64,000 nt of DNA from Sulfuricella sp. (lineage in GTDB: Bacteria > Pseudomonadota > Gammaproteobacteria > Burkholderiales > Sulfuricellaceae). Where the stretch lies: contig DATKUY010000038.1 in assembly GCA_035530375.1 (NCBI GenBank), positions 34,229 through 98,228 of the forward strand. Reading direction: 5' to 3'. The position numbers and the translations under genes are program-made. The notes under the pieces were generated by a model. That model searched no databases. It had not been told where the DNA came from and saw only the letters and a program-made list of their open reading frames with translations. This document shows positions 1 to 9,350 of this stretch, one piece after another. Each line of letters begins with the position of its first letter. Positions within the stretch are counted from its first letter, which is position 1.

Positions 1-789
1 GATATCAGCCACCAGATTGAGGCGCTCGATGTTGACCGCACCGACCGCACCGGCGCCATGGACGTTGATGGCCGACGGCACCCCGCCGACCAGCCACATC
101 GGATGGGGATTCTTGCCGCCGAACACCGCCTGGATCTTGACGATCTCGCGCTGGAAATTGAGCGCTTCGATGTAATGGGCGACCGCCATGAGATTGGCTT
201 CAGGCGGCAGCTTGTAGGCCGGGTGCCCCCAATAGCCGTTGCGGAAAGGCCCCAACTGGCCGGAGCCGACCATTTGCTTGATTTTTTTCTGGACATCGCT
301 GAAATAGCCGGGGGAAGAATTGGGCCACGAAGAAATCGACTGAGCCAGATCGGAAGTCGCCTTGGGCGAGGCGGACAGCGCCGAGACCACGTCCACCCAG
401 TCAAGCGCGTGCAGATGGTAAAAATGCACCAGGTGATCGTGCGCATACAACGTCAGATGCATGATATTGCGAATGGTGTTGGCGCTCGCCGGAATAGGGA
501 TGCCCAGCGCATCTTCCACCGCACGCACCGAGGCGAGAGCATGCACCCCGGTGCAAACCCCGCAGATGCGCTGGACGAAAGCCCAGGCATCGCGTGGATC
601 GCGCCCCTTGAGGATGGGTTCCAGGCCGCGCCACATGGTGCCGACGGAAACCGCGTTGCGAATGACGTTGCTCGAATCGACGTTGACCTCGATGCGCAAA
701 TGACCCTCGATGCGGGTGACCGGATCGATGACGACGCGGCGCCCCGAATTGTCGAGCGTGAAACCGTTGGGTGTGATGATCTGGCTCAT
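1..789 (-). CDS. hoxG: [NiFe] hydrogenase large subunit, membrane-bound uptake type, N-terminal 263 codons (partial; continues past window start)
   Basis: Absent from the ORF track because it runs off the window. The reverse frame from ATG 787-789 overlaps the small-subunit stop as ATGA. It reads [35 protein letters not shown]...[14 protein letters not shown]...[10 protein letters not shown]...GGKNPHPMW, typical of the N-terminal region of group 1 large subunits. Confidence 0.9.
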   Translation of the reverse strand, partial: MSQIITPNGFTLDNSGRRVVIDPVTRIEGHLRIEVNVDSSNVIRNAVSVGTMWRGLEPILKGRDPRDAWAFVQRICGVCTGVHALASVRAVEDALGIPIPASANTIRNIMHLTLYAHDHLVHFYHLHALDWVDVVSALSASPKATSDLAQSISSWPNSSPGYFSDVQKKIKQMVGSGQLGPFRNGYWGHPAYKLPPEANLMAVAHYIEALNFQREIVKIQAVFGGKNPHPMWLVGGVPSAINVHGAGAVGAVNIERLNLVADI

Positions 790-1919
790 GGTTGTTTTTT
801 ATTTCCTGGCGTTTCGGTTTCATCCCCGGCATCGTCGGCGCCTTGTTTCAGGCGCCTGCCGGTCAAAATGCGCTTGACCAGCGTCGCGGTAGCCTGGACG
901 GCGATGGCGCCGCCAAGAACGGCGGCACCCACCACGGCAACCTTGTCGGCATTGGATTCGATGCCCCATTGATGCATATCGGGCAGACGCTCGTAAAACG
1001 GGCCACGATCCCAGAACCCCTCCTCCGAACAGCCGATACAGCCATGGCCGGATTTGATGGGAAAGCTGACCCCCTCGTTCCACCCCATTGAGGAACAGGC
1101 GTTATATGTGGTCGGACCGCGGCAGCCCATCTTGTACAAACACCAGCCCTGACGCGCGCCATCGTCGTCCCATGCCTCGACGAACTGGCCGGCATCGAAA
1201 TGGGCGCGGCGGTAGCATTTGTCGTGGACGCGCTGGGAATAGAACATCTTGGGGCGAAGCTGGTTGTCGAGCTCGGGCATGCGGTCGTAGGTCAGGATGT
1301 AGGAGAGCACCCCGGTCATCACCTCGGCGATGGGCGGGCAGCCCGGAACATTGATCACCGGGATGTGGCTGACCAGCTTGTGCACCGGTGTCGCCTTGGT
1401 GGGATTGGGGCGCGCCGCCTGCACGCAGCCGGAGGAAGCGCAGGTGCCCCAGGCGATGATGGCCTTGGCGTGTTCCGCCGCCTCGTCGAACTGGCGGTGG
1501 AAAGGCCGCCCACCGACGATGCAGGCCATCCCGTCATTGGCGAGGGGAATGTTGCCCTCGACGGCGAGGATATATTCGCCCCGGTAATCGCGAATGATGT
1601 CGTGGACGATCTCTTCCGCCTGGTCGCCGGCTGCCGCCATGATGGTATCGTCGTAATCGAGCGAAATCATGCTGGTGATGATCTCGCTCGCCATCGGGTG
1701 GCCGGAGCGCAAAAAGCTCTCGGAACAGCAGGTGCATTCGAGTCCATGCAACCACAATACGGGAATGCGCGGCTTGGTTTCCATCGCGTGCGCCACGGTG
1801 GCAACCCCTTTCGGGCCCAGCCCCAGCATGGTCGCCATGACGGCGCAGAACCCCAGAAATTCGCGGCGGGAAACGCCGCGCTGACGGATTACTTCGTAAA
1901 AGGTTTCATGTTTGGACAC
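786..1919 (-). CDS. hoxK: [NiFe] hydrogenase small subunit, membrane-bound uptake type with Tat signal and C-terminal anchor
   Basis: 377 aa, GTG start with GGAG 6 nt upstream. Twin-arginine signal SRREFLGF...VAHA. FeS ligand motifs [23 protein letters not shown] and PGCPP. Hydrophobic C-terminal helix [15 protein letters not shown]. Confidence 0.93.
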   Translation of the reverse strand: MSKHETFYEVIRQRGVSRREFLGFCAVMATMLGLGPKGVATVAHAMETKPRIPVLWLHGLECTCCSESFLRSGHPMASEIITSMISLDYDDTIMAAAGDQAEEIVHDIIRDYRGEYILAVEGNIPLANDGMACIVGGRPFHRQFDEAAEHAKAIIAWGTCASSGCVQAARPNPTKATPVHKLVSHIPVINVPGCPPIAEVMTGVLSYILTYDRMPELDNQLRPKMFYSQRVHDKCYRRAHFDAGQFVEAWDDDGARQGWCLYKMGCRGPTTYNACSSMGWNEGVSFPIKSGHGCIGCSEEGFWDRGPFYERLPDMHQWGIESNADKVAVVGAAVLGGAIAVQATATLVKRILTGRRLKQGADDAGDETETPGNKKQP

Positions 1920-1942
1920 AGCGACTCCATGAACACACTACG

Positions 1943-1955
1943 TTGATTTTTATCA
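1943..1955. promoter_or_regulatory. FNR/CRP-family-like palindrome TTGAT-TTTT-ATCAg in the hoxK leader
   Basis: Matches the FNR consensus TTGAT-N4-ATCAA at 9 of 10 positions. It lies 23 nt upstream of the GTG start. An equivalent box sits at 14028-14040 upstream of the second hydrogenase operon. Confidence 0.3.
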
Positions 1956-1983
1956 GTCTTTATCGGATTTTATTTGTATGAAT

Positions 1984-2113
1984 GTAACATAAGCAGCATA
2001 TGCTATGCATGTATATTTTTATGACGGGTCAGATGACGGACTTGACCATCAGAAGACAGCGCCGCACCCTTCGATGGTCACAATTTCCAGCCGAAATAGC
2101 CTCATGGCGAGCG
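1984..2113 (-). promoter_or_regulatory. Conserved hydrogenase upstream element, copy A
   Basis: Aligns by eye with 14071-14190. Shared blocks are GTAACA, CATATGC, CATGTATAT, ACGG, GATGA, ACCA, CAGA, CCCTTCG, GTCACAATTT and GGCGAGCG, in the same order and similar spacing. Confidence 0.5.
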
Positions 2114-4150
2114 CACCAAGGGGATCGTAAAGCGAAAAATGCTGCCCCTGCCCAATTCCGACTCGGCCCAGATACGGCCGCCGTGGCTTTTGACGATTTG
2201 CTGGCAGATCGACAATCCCAGCCCGGTGCCTTGCGGCTTGTCGGTGAGGGTATCGCCGATCTGCCTGAACTTGTCGAACACTTTGTCCAGGCTCTCCCCG
2301 GCGATGCCGATCCCCGTATCCTGGATGCCGAAAACGATGAACTGCCCCTGCCGTGCCGCGCTTAACGTGATGTGACCGTGATCGGTGAATTTGACGGCGT
2401 TGGAAATCAGGTTGATCAACACCTGGAGCAAACGGTTTTCATCGCCGGTCACCTCGGGCAGATCGGGCTCGGCCTCCCAGGATAGCGTCAACCCTTTCTG
2501 TTCGGCCAGTGCGGCGGTGACGGCCACAGCGCGTTCGATCAGCCGCGCCGGCACCAGCGGGGCGAAGTGCCACTCCGACTTGCCGGCTTCCAGTTTGGCG
2601 CTGTCCAGTACATCGTTGATCAGCAGGGTGAGGCGCTCGCTTTCGTTGACGATGATGTCGATATTTCCCCTCGCCTGGGAAATGGCGCGAGCAGTTTTGT
2701 CGTCCGCGGCGGCGTTGGGGAACACCACCTCCTCCAGTTTCTTTTTCACCAGTTTGGCGAAGCCGACGATGGAGGTCATCGGCGTGCGCAACTCGTGGGA
2801 CACCGTGGAAAGAAAGTCAGACTTGAGCTGGTCGAGTTCCTTGAGTTCCTCGTTGGCTTTTTCCAGTTCGGCGGTGCGCTCGCTGACCCTGGCGTCGAGA
2901 TGCCGGATGTTGTCTTGCAGGCGGTCCACCATGCCGTTGAACGCCGTTGCCACCACGCCGATTTCATCGTCCCGCTGCAGCGCGCAACGCGCATCGAGGT
3001 CGCCGTTTTCCACCCGCAGGGCGGTGTCGCTCAGGTGTTTGAGCGGATCGGCGAGTCTCTTCACGAATAGGTAAACCAGGGCGATGGAAAGCAACAGGGT
3101 GACGGCAAATACCGCCAGCACACGGTTTCTGAGTATGCGTGCGCTCTCGTCGAGTTCTTCCACATACACCGAAGAGCAGATATACCAGTCGAACCCCCGG
3201 AAATAACGCACCCAGGAAATCTTGTCATGAACATAGTTGCCGGGATCGGATGGACTGTCCCATTGATAGCGCAGACCTTCCGGCTGGTCGGCCACCGCCA
3301 TGAGCATCGAGAAAAGCGGCTTGCGCGTGGACGGATCGAGCATGTTGCCGATATTTTTTCCTTCGATGTTCGCATTGGGATGGATGAGCATTTGGTTGTG
3401 ACTGTCGAAAATATACACATAACCGGTTTTGGCAAGGCGCGTGGCCCTCAGCCGCCGCCGCAATTCCCCGATGGCGGTGGCGCGTCTGGCGTTGAATGCG
3501 GCCTCGATGTCGTCGATGTAAACACCGGTGCCAATGACCAGTTCAAAGGCTGGCAAATGCTTGTAGAAAGTCAGCTTCTCGATCGGCTTTTCCTCGCCCA
3601 GACGGCGCCACCAATAGGAATGGAAACCTTCGCCGGCGGCCCTGGCGCCTGCCACCATCGGCGGCACGATAAGGTTGCCGTGCACGTCGCGCCGGTTGGA
3701 GAAATCAGCGCCGTTCAGCTTCGGATCGGGGTGGGACACCAGGACCGAATGATAATCCGACGCCCACACGTAATCACTGTGACCGTACTGGATATGGCGC
3801 AATTCCTCGAGCAGCATGCGCTTGGCCTGTTCTTTGGTGAGCTTTCCCGCCCGGATTTGCTGCTCCAGCCAGCCGGCGCGCGATTCGACCACGGCGATGA
3901 TATTGCGCAATTCCTGCTTGCGCGCCAGCAGCAGGGATTGGCGGCTGTTTTCGAGGTCGCGGTGGATTTGCTCCACCGTCTCGTAAACATCGTTGAGGAC
4001 GGTATGTGCGCTGCGTGCCTCGACACCCTCGACGGTGCTCTGGATAAATGGCACGGACAGCAGGTACATGACGGCGAATAACAGAATGACGGCCGCCGTT
4101 GTAGTGAAAAAAACCCGGGCAAACAAACTTGATTTGAACAGATTCCCCAC
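2102..4150 (-). CDS. Sensor histidine kinase with periplasmic double Cache-like region, HAMP, HisKA and HATPase (no receiver)
   Basis: 682 aa. N-terminal TM helix. Two Cache-like modules (DYVWASDYHSVLVSHPDPKLNG; GYVYIFDSHNQMLIHPNANIEGKN). Second TM helix plus HAMP. H-box STVSHELRTPMTS. G-boxes DTGIGI and GTGLGLSI. Confidence 0.9.
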   Translation of the reverse strand: MGNLFKSSLFARVFFTTTAAVILLFAVMYLLSVPFIQSTVEGVEARSAHTVLNDVYETVEQIHRDLENSRQSLLLARKQELRNIIAVVESRAGWLEQQIRAGKLTKEQAKRMLLEELRHIQYGHSDYVWASDYHSVLVSHPDPKLNGADFSNRRDVHGNLIVPPMVAGARAAGEGFHSYWWRRLGEEKPIEKLTFYKHLPAFELVIGTGVYIDDIEAAFNARRATAIGELRRRLRATRLAKTGYVYIFDSHNQMLIHPNANIEGKNIGNMLDPSTRKPLFSMLMAVADQPEGLRYQWDSPSDPGNYVHDKISWVRYFRGFDWYICSSVYVEELDESARILRNRVLAVFAVTLLLSIALVYLFVKRLADPLKHLSDTALRVENGDLDARCALQRDDEIGVVATAFNGMVDRLQDNIRHLDARVSERTAELEKANEELKELDQLKSDFLSTVSHELRTPMTSIVGFAKLVKKKLEEVVFPNAAADDKTARAISQARGNIDIIVNESERLTLLINDVLDSAKLEAGKSEWHFAPLVPARLIERAVAVTAALAEQKGLTLSWEAEPDLPEVTGDENRLLQVLINLISNAVKFTDHGHITLSAARQGQFIVFGIQDTGIGIAGESLDKVFDKFRQIGDTLTDKPQGTGLGLSICQQIVKSHGGRIWAESELGRGSIFRFTIPLVRSP

Positions 4151-4158
4151 GCCGTATC

Positions 4159-5982
4159 CTAGTCGAGATAGCGCGCGATATCGACTTCGTCGATCTGCTC
4201 GGCGGCGAGATGCTTTTGGGCGTAAGTCGAATAAATTTTTTCTGACAGAAACAGGTCGAACAATTCGCCGTCGATGTGGTTGTCCAGCTTCATGCGGTGC
4301 ATGATGCCGATCGCCCAGTTCAGCGTGCCTGGCTTGCGATAGGGCCGGTCGGGCGCGGTGAGCGCTTCGAAGATGTCGGCGATGGCCACGATGCGCGCCG
4401 GGACGGAAAGCTGGTCGCGCTTCAGCCCACGCGGATAACCGCGTCCGTCCATGCGCTCGTGGTGGCCGGCGGCATATTCCGTGACGTTGCGCAAAGAGCG
4501 GGGAAACGAAATTTGCGACAGCATGTTGATGGTATGGACAGCGTGATCCTCGATGATTTTCCGCTCTTCCGGGTTCAACGTACCGCGCTGAACAGAAAGA
4601 TTGTAAATCTCATTTTCGGTCAGCAGCGGGAGCTCTTCGCCGCATGAATTGTGCCAGGTATTGCGGGCGATATTCTGAATCCGCGCCACATGTTCGTCGG
4701 ACGTGAATTCGGCACCCCGGTTGCATTTTTCGAGGAAGGCAAAATCCTCGTCAAGCTGGCGTAAACGCTCCTGACATATCCGCCTGGCGGCTTCCTGGTC
4801 TTTTCCCTCGGCCAGCGCGCGATAAAGGTCGATCTCCGCATCCCGGCGCAGCACCTCGAAGCGCATGGCAATCAAGTGGATACGATTTTCGATACAATCC
4901 AGCTTGGTGGCTTTATCGACCACCCACTCCGGCGTGACCACTTTGCCGCAGTCGTGCAGCATGGCAGCAATTTGCAGGGTATTGCGCTCGTCCTCGTCCA
5001 GCACGAAATCAGCAAATGGCCCGCTGTCGGCCTGGTGCGCCATATCCGCGATCATCAGGGCAATCTCCGGCACGCGGCGGCAGTGGCCGGCAGTGTAGGG
5101 CGATTTGGCGTCGATGGCGGTGGCGATGACGCGGACGAAGGACTGAAACATATCCTGCTCGGCGGCATAAAGCTGGGCATTGCGTAGCGCGGTGGCAGCA
5201 ACGGAGGATAGCGTTTGCGCGCGTTTCAAGTCGCCCGCGGCAAAGCCATCGCTATGGCGCGAGGCCAGCACCAGCAGGCCGAGATTTTCGCCATGGGCGA
5301 TCAGGGGCAGCCATAGCAACGCCCGGAAATCCGCAACTTCCCCGGCCCACAGCGGCGAAGCCGGCAAATCGTTAACGATGTCGCCGGTTTCGCGGACAGT
5401 CATTTCAGCAAACAGGCGGCTGCCCTGAAGCCGGGAAAATGCGTCTGCGGCGTTCTCGCCGAAAGACTGGATCAACTCCAGGCTGGCGCTGTCCGGGTTG
5501 CGCAGGAAAACCGCGCCATAATCGGCGGCATCCTTGCGCCCGTCGAATTCCTTGAGCAGTGAAGCTGCCACGGCGGTGGGCTTGAGGAAATGGTTGAGCT
5601 CGGTAACGGCGCGTTGCAGCAAAGCCATCTCGCGGTAGCTTTCGAGCGTTTCGCGCGCGACCGAACGACGCCCGTGTTCGGCCTCGAGCATCCCTTGCAG
5701 GACATGGGCGAGCAGGTCGCCCCAGGTTTGCGCCTGTGCGGTTTCGCCCCCCGCAGGCAGGCGCAGCAGCAACGTTCCCACCCGCTCTCCTTCCAACATC
5801 AGAGGAAAGGCTTGCACATCCGGAGCACCCTCGATCAAGTCGTGGCCGGCCTCATTCATTTCCACCAGACGCTTGCCGCCAAGTTGCAGCGCCACGCCAG
5901 TGCCGGGCGGCAGCAGAGGCAGCGCCAGCTCGAACTGCCGACGCGCCCAGGCGGGTTTGAGATAGTGTTCCGCCTTGATCAT
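4159..5982 (-). CDS. GAF-domain HD-GYP phosphodiesterase (c-di-GMP hydrolase family)
   Basis: 607 aa. Central GAF-like segment (LWLPLIAHGENLGLLVLAS). HD-GYP catalytic motifs AAMLHDCGKV and GHHERMDGRGYPRGL. Its stop is 8 nt from the next start, and its start overlaps the receiver gene stop. Confidence 0.9.
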   Translation of the reverse strand: MIKAEHYLKPAWARRQFELALPLLPPGTGVALQLGGKRLVEMNEAGHDLIEGAPDVQAFPLMLEGERVGTLLLRLPAGGETAQAQTWGDLLAHVLQGMLEAEHGRRSVARETLESYREMALLQRAVTELNHFLKPTAVAASLLKEFDGRKDAADYGAVFLRNPDSASLELIQSFGENAADAFSRLQGSRLFAEMTVRETGDIVNDLPASPLWAGEVADFRALLWLPLIAHGENLGLLVLASRHSDGFAAGDLKRAQTLSSVAATALRNAQLYAAEQDMFQSFVRVIATAIDAKSPYTAGHCRRVPEIALMIADMAHQADSGPFADFVLDEDERNTLQIAAMLHDCGKVVTPEWVVDKATKLDCIENRIHLIAMRFEVLRRDAEIDLYRALAEGKDQEAARRICQERLRQLDEDFAFLEKCNRGAEFTSDEHVARIQNIARNTWHNSCGEELPLLTENEIYNLSVQRGTLNPEERKIIEDHAVHTINMLSQISFPRSLRNVTEYAAGHHERMDGRGYPRGLKRDQLSVPARIVAIADIFEALTAPDRPYRKPGTLNWAIGIMHRMKLDNHIDGELFDLFLSEKIYSTYAQKHLAAEQIDEVDIARYLD

Positions 5983-6362
5983 GACCGTCCCAAAATCTCG
6001 CGGGCCAAATCTAGAATTTCGTCGGGATCGAATGGCTTGGTGACGAAGCGATGTGCACCCACTTCCAGGCCGCGCACCCGATCCGATTCCTGACCCTTGG
6101 CGGTCAGCATAACGATGGTTATATCAGTCAGCACAGCATTTTTCCGTACCGCCGCGCAGACTTCATAACCGTTCATAAGCGGCATCATGACATCCAGAAA
6201 CACCAGCTTGGGGTGCTCGCGTTCGATCAGCGCCAATCCTTCAGCGCCGTTGACGGCCACCAGGATTTCCGGTTCCCCTTCCAGGTCTTCCAGGGTTTGC
6301 TCAAGCAGGGAGCGGATGTGGGTTTCGTCGTCCACAATAACGATTTTTGCATTTTCACTCAT
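5979..6362 (-). CDS. Single-domain response regulator (CheY-like receiver)
   Basis: The track ORF is 5979-6374. ATG 6360-6362 is preferred (GGAGGA 5 nt upstream), giving MSENAKIVIVDDE...FLDVMMPLMNGYE...MLTAKG. This ATG overlaps the upstream kinase stop (GATGAGTGA). Confidence 0.9.
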   Translation of the reverse strand: MSENAKIVIVDDETHIRSLLEQTLEDLEGEPEILVAVNGAEGLALIEREHPKLVFLDVMMPLMNGYEVCAAVRKNAVLTDITIVMLTAKGQESDRVRGLEVGAHRFVTKPFDPDEILDLAREILGRS

Positions 6363-9201
6363 CGTGTCCTCCAATAGTTATTCTGTCGTTCATTGCCATT
6401 TCTGTCCGGGTTTCGCGTGCCGCCGGCACGGGCATGATCATGACTTCCAGAGAGGGAATGGCGTTCAACATGCTTAAATCCACCTTGTTGAGCAAATCGG
6501 TAGGGATCAACAGCATACCCTGAAAGCCTGACCGGATGCGAATGGACAGCTCATCGATGGAGCAAAAATCCACCTCGCAATGGGCGGTGAAGCCGCCTGG
6601 TGCCATCGCCGAATTCCGCTCCACATCGTAGAGCATCAAGAAGCGCACTTTTTTCAACTCCGCGCTTTCGCCATCGCCCAGCAGCAAATGAATATTCTTC
6701 AGGAAACGCGACTCGTCGAGCGGCTTGCCCATGGCCAAATCCCCGCCCGCCGTTTCCCAGCCGGAGAAAGCCGAAACCACCATGATGGGAATGTGTTGCA
6801 GCTCCGGGTCGGAGCGCAGCCTGGCGATCGCAGTGCGTCCGTCCATCACCGGCATGGCGAGGTCCATGGTAATCAGGTCGGGGCGATGCGCTTGCGCGGC
6901 ACCCATGGCGGCTTGTCCGTCCGCCGCAGAAATGACGTCGTAGCCCTGTTCCTGCAATAACTGGGTGAGATAGTCGCGCACACCTACGTCATCATCCACC
7001 ACCAGCACCCTGGGTTTTCCGCCCATGCCGGATGGTCTCGCCTCATACTGCTCTTCGGCGGCTGATGGCGCGATATGCGAGGAGATGTCGGCCGCATTCG
7101 CCAGACTATCAGTGGCAGGCAACAACACGGAGAACACGCTGCCCTTGCCCGGCTGCGATTGCGCCTGGATTCTCCCGCCGTGCCGCTCGACGATCTCGCG
7201 CGAGATCGCCAATCCCAGACCGGTGCCGGCGGGTCTGTCCATCAGGGTGTCGCCATGCTTGGCCTGCTGAAATTTGTCGAAAATCGTTTCAGCTTCTTCC
7301 GGGGGGAATCCAATGCCGCTGTCGCTGATGTCAATCTGGATCAGGTTTTCCGGGTTGAGGAAAACTTGCACCGTCACCGCGCCCCGGTCGGTAAATTTTG
7401 CGGCGTTGTTGAGCAGGTTGACCAGCACCTGCAACATGCGGTCGGCATCGCCGACGAACAGCGGCAATCCGTCCTCGATTTCAACTTTCAGTTCGACACC
7501 GGGTTTCAGATCGAACATCCCTTGCGCCGCGTTGACCGCATCGTGCACCAGCACGCCGGGCTGCACCGGCGCATCGCGCCACTCGACCCTTCCCGCCTCG
7601 ATTTTGGCCAGGTCGAGAACATCGTTGATGAGGCGGGTGAGACGGTCCGATTCCTTGAGGATGATCGCCAGATTTTCCCGGATGCGTTCGGATTTCTTGT
7701 TCAACCCGGCGTCATCGAACGCCTGGGGGGCGAAGCTGCGGGAAAACTCGCGCTCGACCAGATGGGCGAACCCTCTGATCGAAGTGAGCGGCGTGCGCAA
7801 TTCGTGGGAAACAGAGGAAAGGAAATCCGACTTCAGTTGATCGAGTTTTTGTAAACGCCGATTTGCCTCCTCCAACTCCGTATAGCTGTCGCGCAGCTTC
7901 CCTTCTGCATCTTCCGCCATCTCCTTCGCACGCAGCATCGCTTCTGTGGCCTCGTATTCAGTGGTAACGTCCTCGACTGTCCATACCGAGCCATGTGTCG
8001 GATCGATGGAGAGTGCACAGCCGCTCAGCCTGGCCCAGAAAAGAGACCCGTCTTTGTGCTGCATCTTCATGACTCGCTGGTGGGTATTGCCGTGCACCAA
8101 ATCGCGATAAGCTTCGCCGACAGCTCGATAGCTTTCCTCGTCCGGATACCAGCACCGCGTCGGTTGCCCGCAAAGCTCACCTGGGTCATAGCCTAACAAC
8201 TCTTCGAGTTTGCGATTGGCTCTGACCACAACACGATCCTTGATGAAAGCAATGCCAAACGTTGACGACTCGAAAATCGCTGCCTGCTCTTCATTCGCCT
8301 TGTCCACCGCATCCTTGGCGGTCTGGAGCCGGGTCAGGATAGCCTCGGTTTTTTCGAACTGGTCGACCACCAGTTTGTTGAAGGCCCTGGCGATGCCGAC
8401 GGCCTCCAAACCGCCCGTTTCCGGCAACCGGCGCCGCAGGTCGCCGCTGACCTCGATCTCGCCCATGACCCGCGCGGCATCGGCGATCGGTTGCGCAATA
8501 CTCCGCGCGATAATTGTGGAAATGGCATACAGCGCCGCGCCAAGCAGCAAGACGATGAAGGCGAAACTCCATACCATCTTCCAGTAGAGCGCATCGATGT
8601 CGTCGATGTAGATGCCGGAACCGATGACCCAGCCCCAAGGCGCGAATTTCTTCACATAGGACATCTTCGGGAAGATTTCTTCGGTCACGCCTCCGCCTTG
8701 CTTGGGCTTGGGCCACAGATAGGTCACGTAGCCGTGGCCCGCCTTGTTTGCCACTGTGTCGAAGGCGACGAACAAATTCATCTTGCCGTCGGTAGTCTCC
8801 ACCCGGCCGTCGGTGCCCTCCTGCATGCTGGTGGCGCAATTAAACTTTGCCGAGTCCAGCACCTTGCCATCGAGGCTCGGCACGGTCGGATGCATCACCA
8901 TTTTCGGCACGGGGGCGCCCAGGTCGTTGATCCAGAAATATTCCTCGCCCGCGTAGCGCAGCGTTTTGATCTCTTCGACCGCCGCCTTGCGCGCAGCGTC
9001 GCCCGTAAGCTTGCCCTGCTTTTCCTGTTGCTGGTAATAATTCAGCACGCCGTAGGCCGTCTCGACCAGATGACGGGTCTTGAGCTTCCTCTCCTGCAGC
9101 AGATCGGTCTTCTTGCCGGCCACGATCAATATCGCAAGAACCACGAGTATCACCAGCGGCAACAGGTTTGCCAATCTGAGCTTGAACGCAATGCTCTTCA
9201 T
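6355..9201 (-). CDS. Hybrid sensor histidine kinase: TM, single Cache, TM, HAMP, PAS, HisKA, HATPase, REC and an extra C-terminal domain of about 100 aa
   Basis: 948 aa. Cache motif EEYFWINDLGAPVPKMVMHPTVPSLDGK. PAS (IFESSTFGIAFIKDRVVV...). H-box SSVSHELRTPLTS. DSGIGF and GTGLGLAI. REC (PRVLVVDDD...ITMDLAMPVMDG). Tail KKVRFLMLYD...EVMIMPVP. Confidence 0.9.
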   Translation of the reverse strand: MKSIAFKLRLANLLPLVILVVLAILIVAGKKTDLLQERKLKTRHLVETAYGVLNYYQQQEKQGKLTGDAARKAAVEEIKTLRYAGEEYFWINDLGAPVPKMVMHPTVPSLDGKVLDSAKFNCATSMQEGTDGRVETTDGKMNLFVAFDTVANKAGHGYVTYLWPKPKQGGGVTEEIFPKMSYVKKFAPWGWVIGSGIYIDDIDALYWKMVWSFAFIVLLLGAALYAISTIIARSIAQPIADAARVMGEIEVSGDLRRRLPETGGLEAVGIARAFNKLVVDQFEKTEAILTRLQTAKDAVDKANEEQAAIFESSTFGIAFIKDRVVVRANRKLEELLGYDPGELCGQPTRCWYPDEESYRAVGEAYRDLVHGNTHQRVMKMQHKDGSLFWARLSGCALSIDPTHGSVWTVEDVTTEYEATEAMLRAKEMAEDAEGKLRDSYTELEEANRRLQKLDQLKSDFLSSVSHELRTPLTSIRGFAHLVEREFSRSFAPQAFDDAGLNKKSERIRENLAIILKESDRLTRLINDVLDLAKIEAGRVEWRDAPVQPGVLVHDAVNAAQGMFDLKPGVELKVEIEDGLPLFVGDADRMLQVLVNLLNNAAKFTDRGAVTVQVFLNPENLIQIDISDSGIGFPPEEAETIFDKFQQAKHGDTLMDRPAGTGLGLAISREIVERHGGRIQAQSQPGKGSVFSVLLPATDSLANAADISSHIAPSAAEEQYEARPSGMGGKPRVLVVDDDVGVRDYLTQLLQEQGYDVISAADGQAAMGAAQAHRPDLITMDLAMPVMDGRTAIARLRSDPELQHIPIMVVSAFSGWETAGGDLAMGKPLDESRFLKNIHLLLGDGESAELKKVRFLMLYDVERNSAMAPGGFTAHCEVDFCSIDELSIRIRSGFQGMLLIPTDLLNKVDLSMLNAIPSLEVMIMPVPAARETRTEMAMNDRITIGGHDE

Positions 9202-9317
9202 CGTTCTTCCCTACAAGTAAAAATTCGTACTCCTGGCACATCCTCGCTCAGGTCTTGCCACCCTCGCCCAGACTGCCTTGGGATAACCCGCCGTCTTGCT
9301 CGTGTCATTTACAGAAT

Positions 9318-9350
9318 CTTGCGCGCACAATCGCGATTTTTGCATTTTCA
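9318..9350 (-). pseudogene. Relic of a response-regulator 5' end left by duplication of the kinase/receiver junction
   Basis: The minus strand reads GAGGAGTGAAAATGCAAAAATCGCGATTGTG, against GATGAGTGAAAATGCAAAAATCGTTATTGTG at 6340-6365. The receiver ATG is mutated to AGG. Similarity ends after about 30 nt and a stop follows. Confidence 0.5.

Noticed and set aside
58-972. 304-aa plus-strand ORF covering the window start
   Set aside because: It lies entirely antisense to the hydrogenase large- and small-subunit genes. The translation is Arg/Ala/Gly-rich with no motifs. This is a typical shadow ORF of high-GC DNA.
2043-2080. Inverted repeat TGACCATC-N22-GATGGTCA as the terminator of the kinase operon or as an operator
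   Set aside because: There is no T-run, and the equivalent position in copy B (CGACCACC...GGTTGTCA) keeps only about 5 of 8 complementary positions. It is kept only as a detail of the conserved-element finding.
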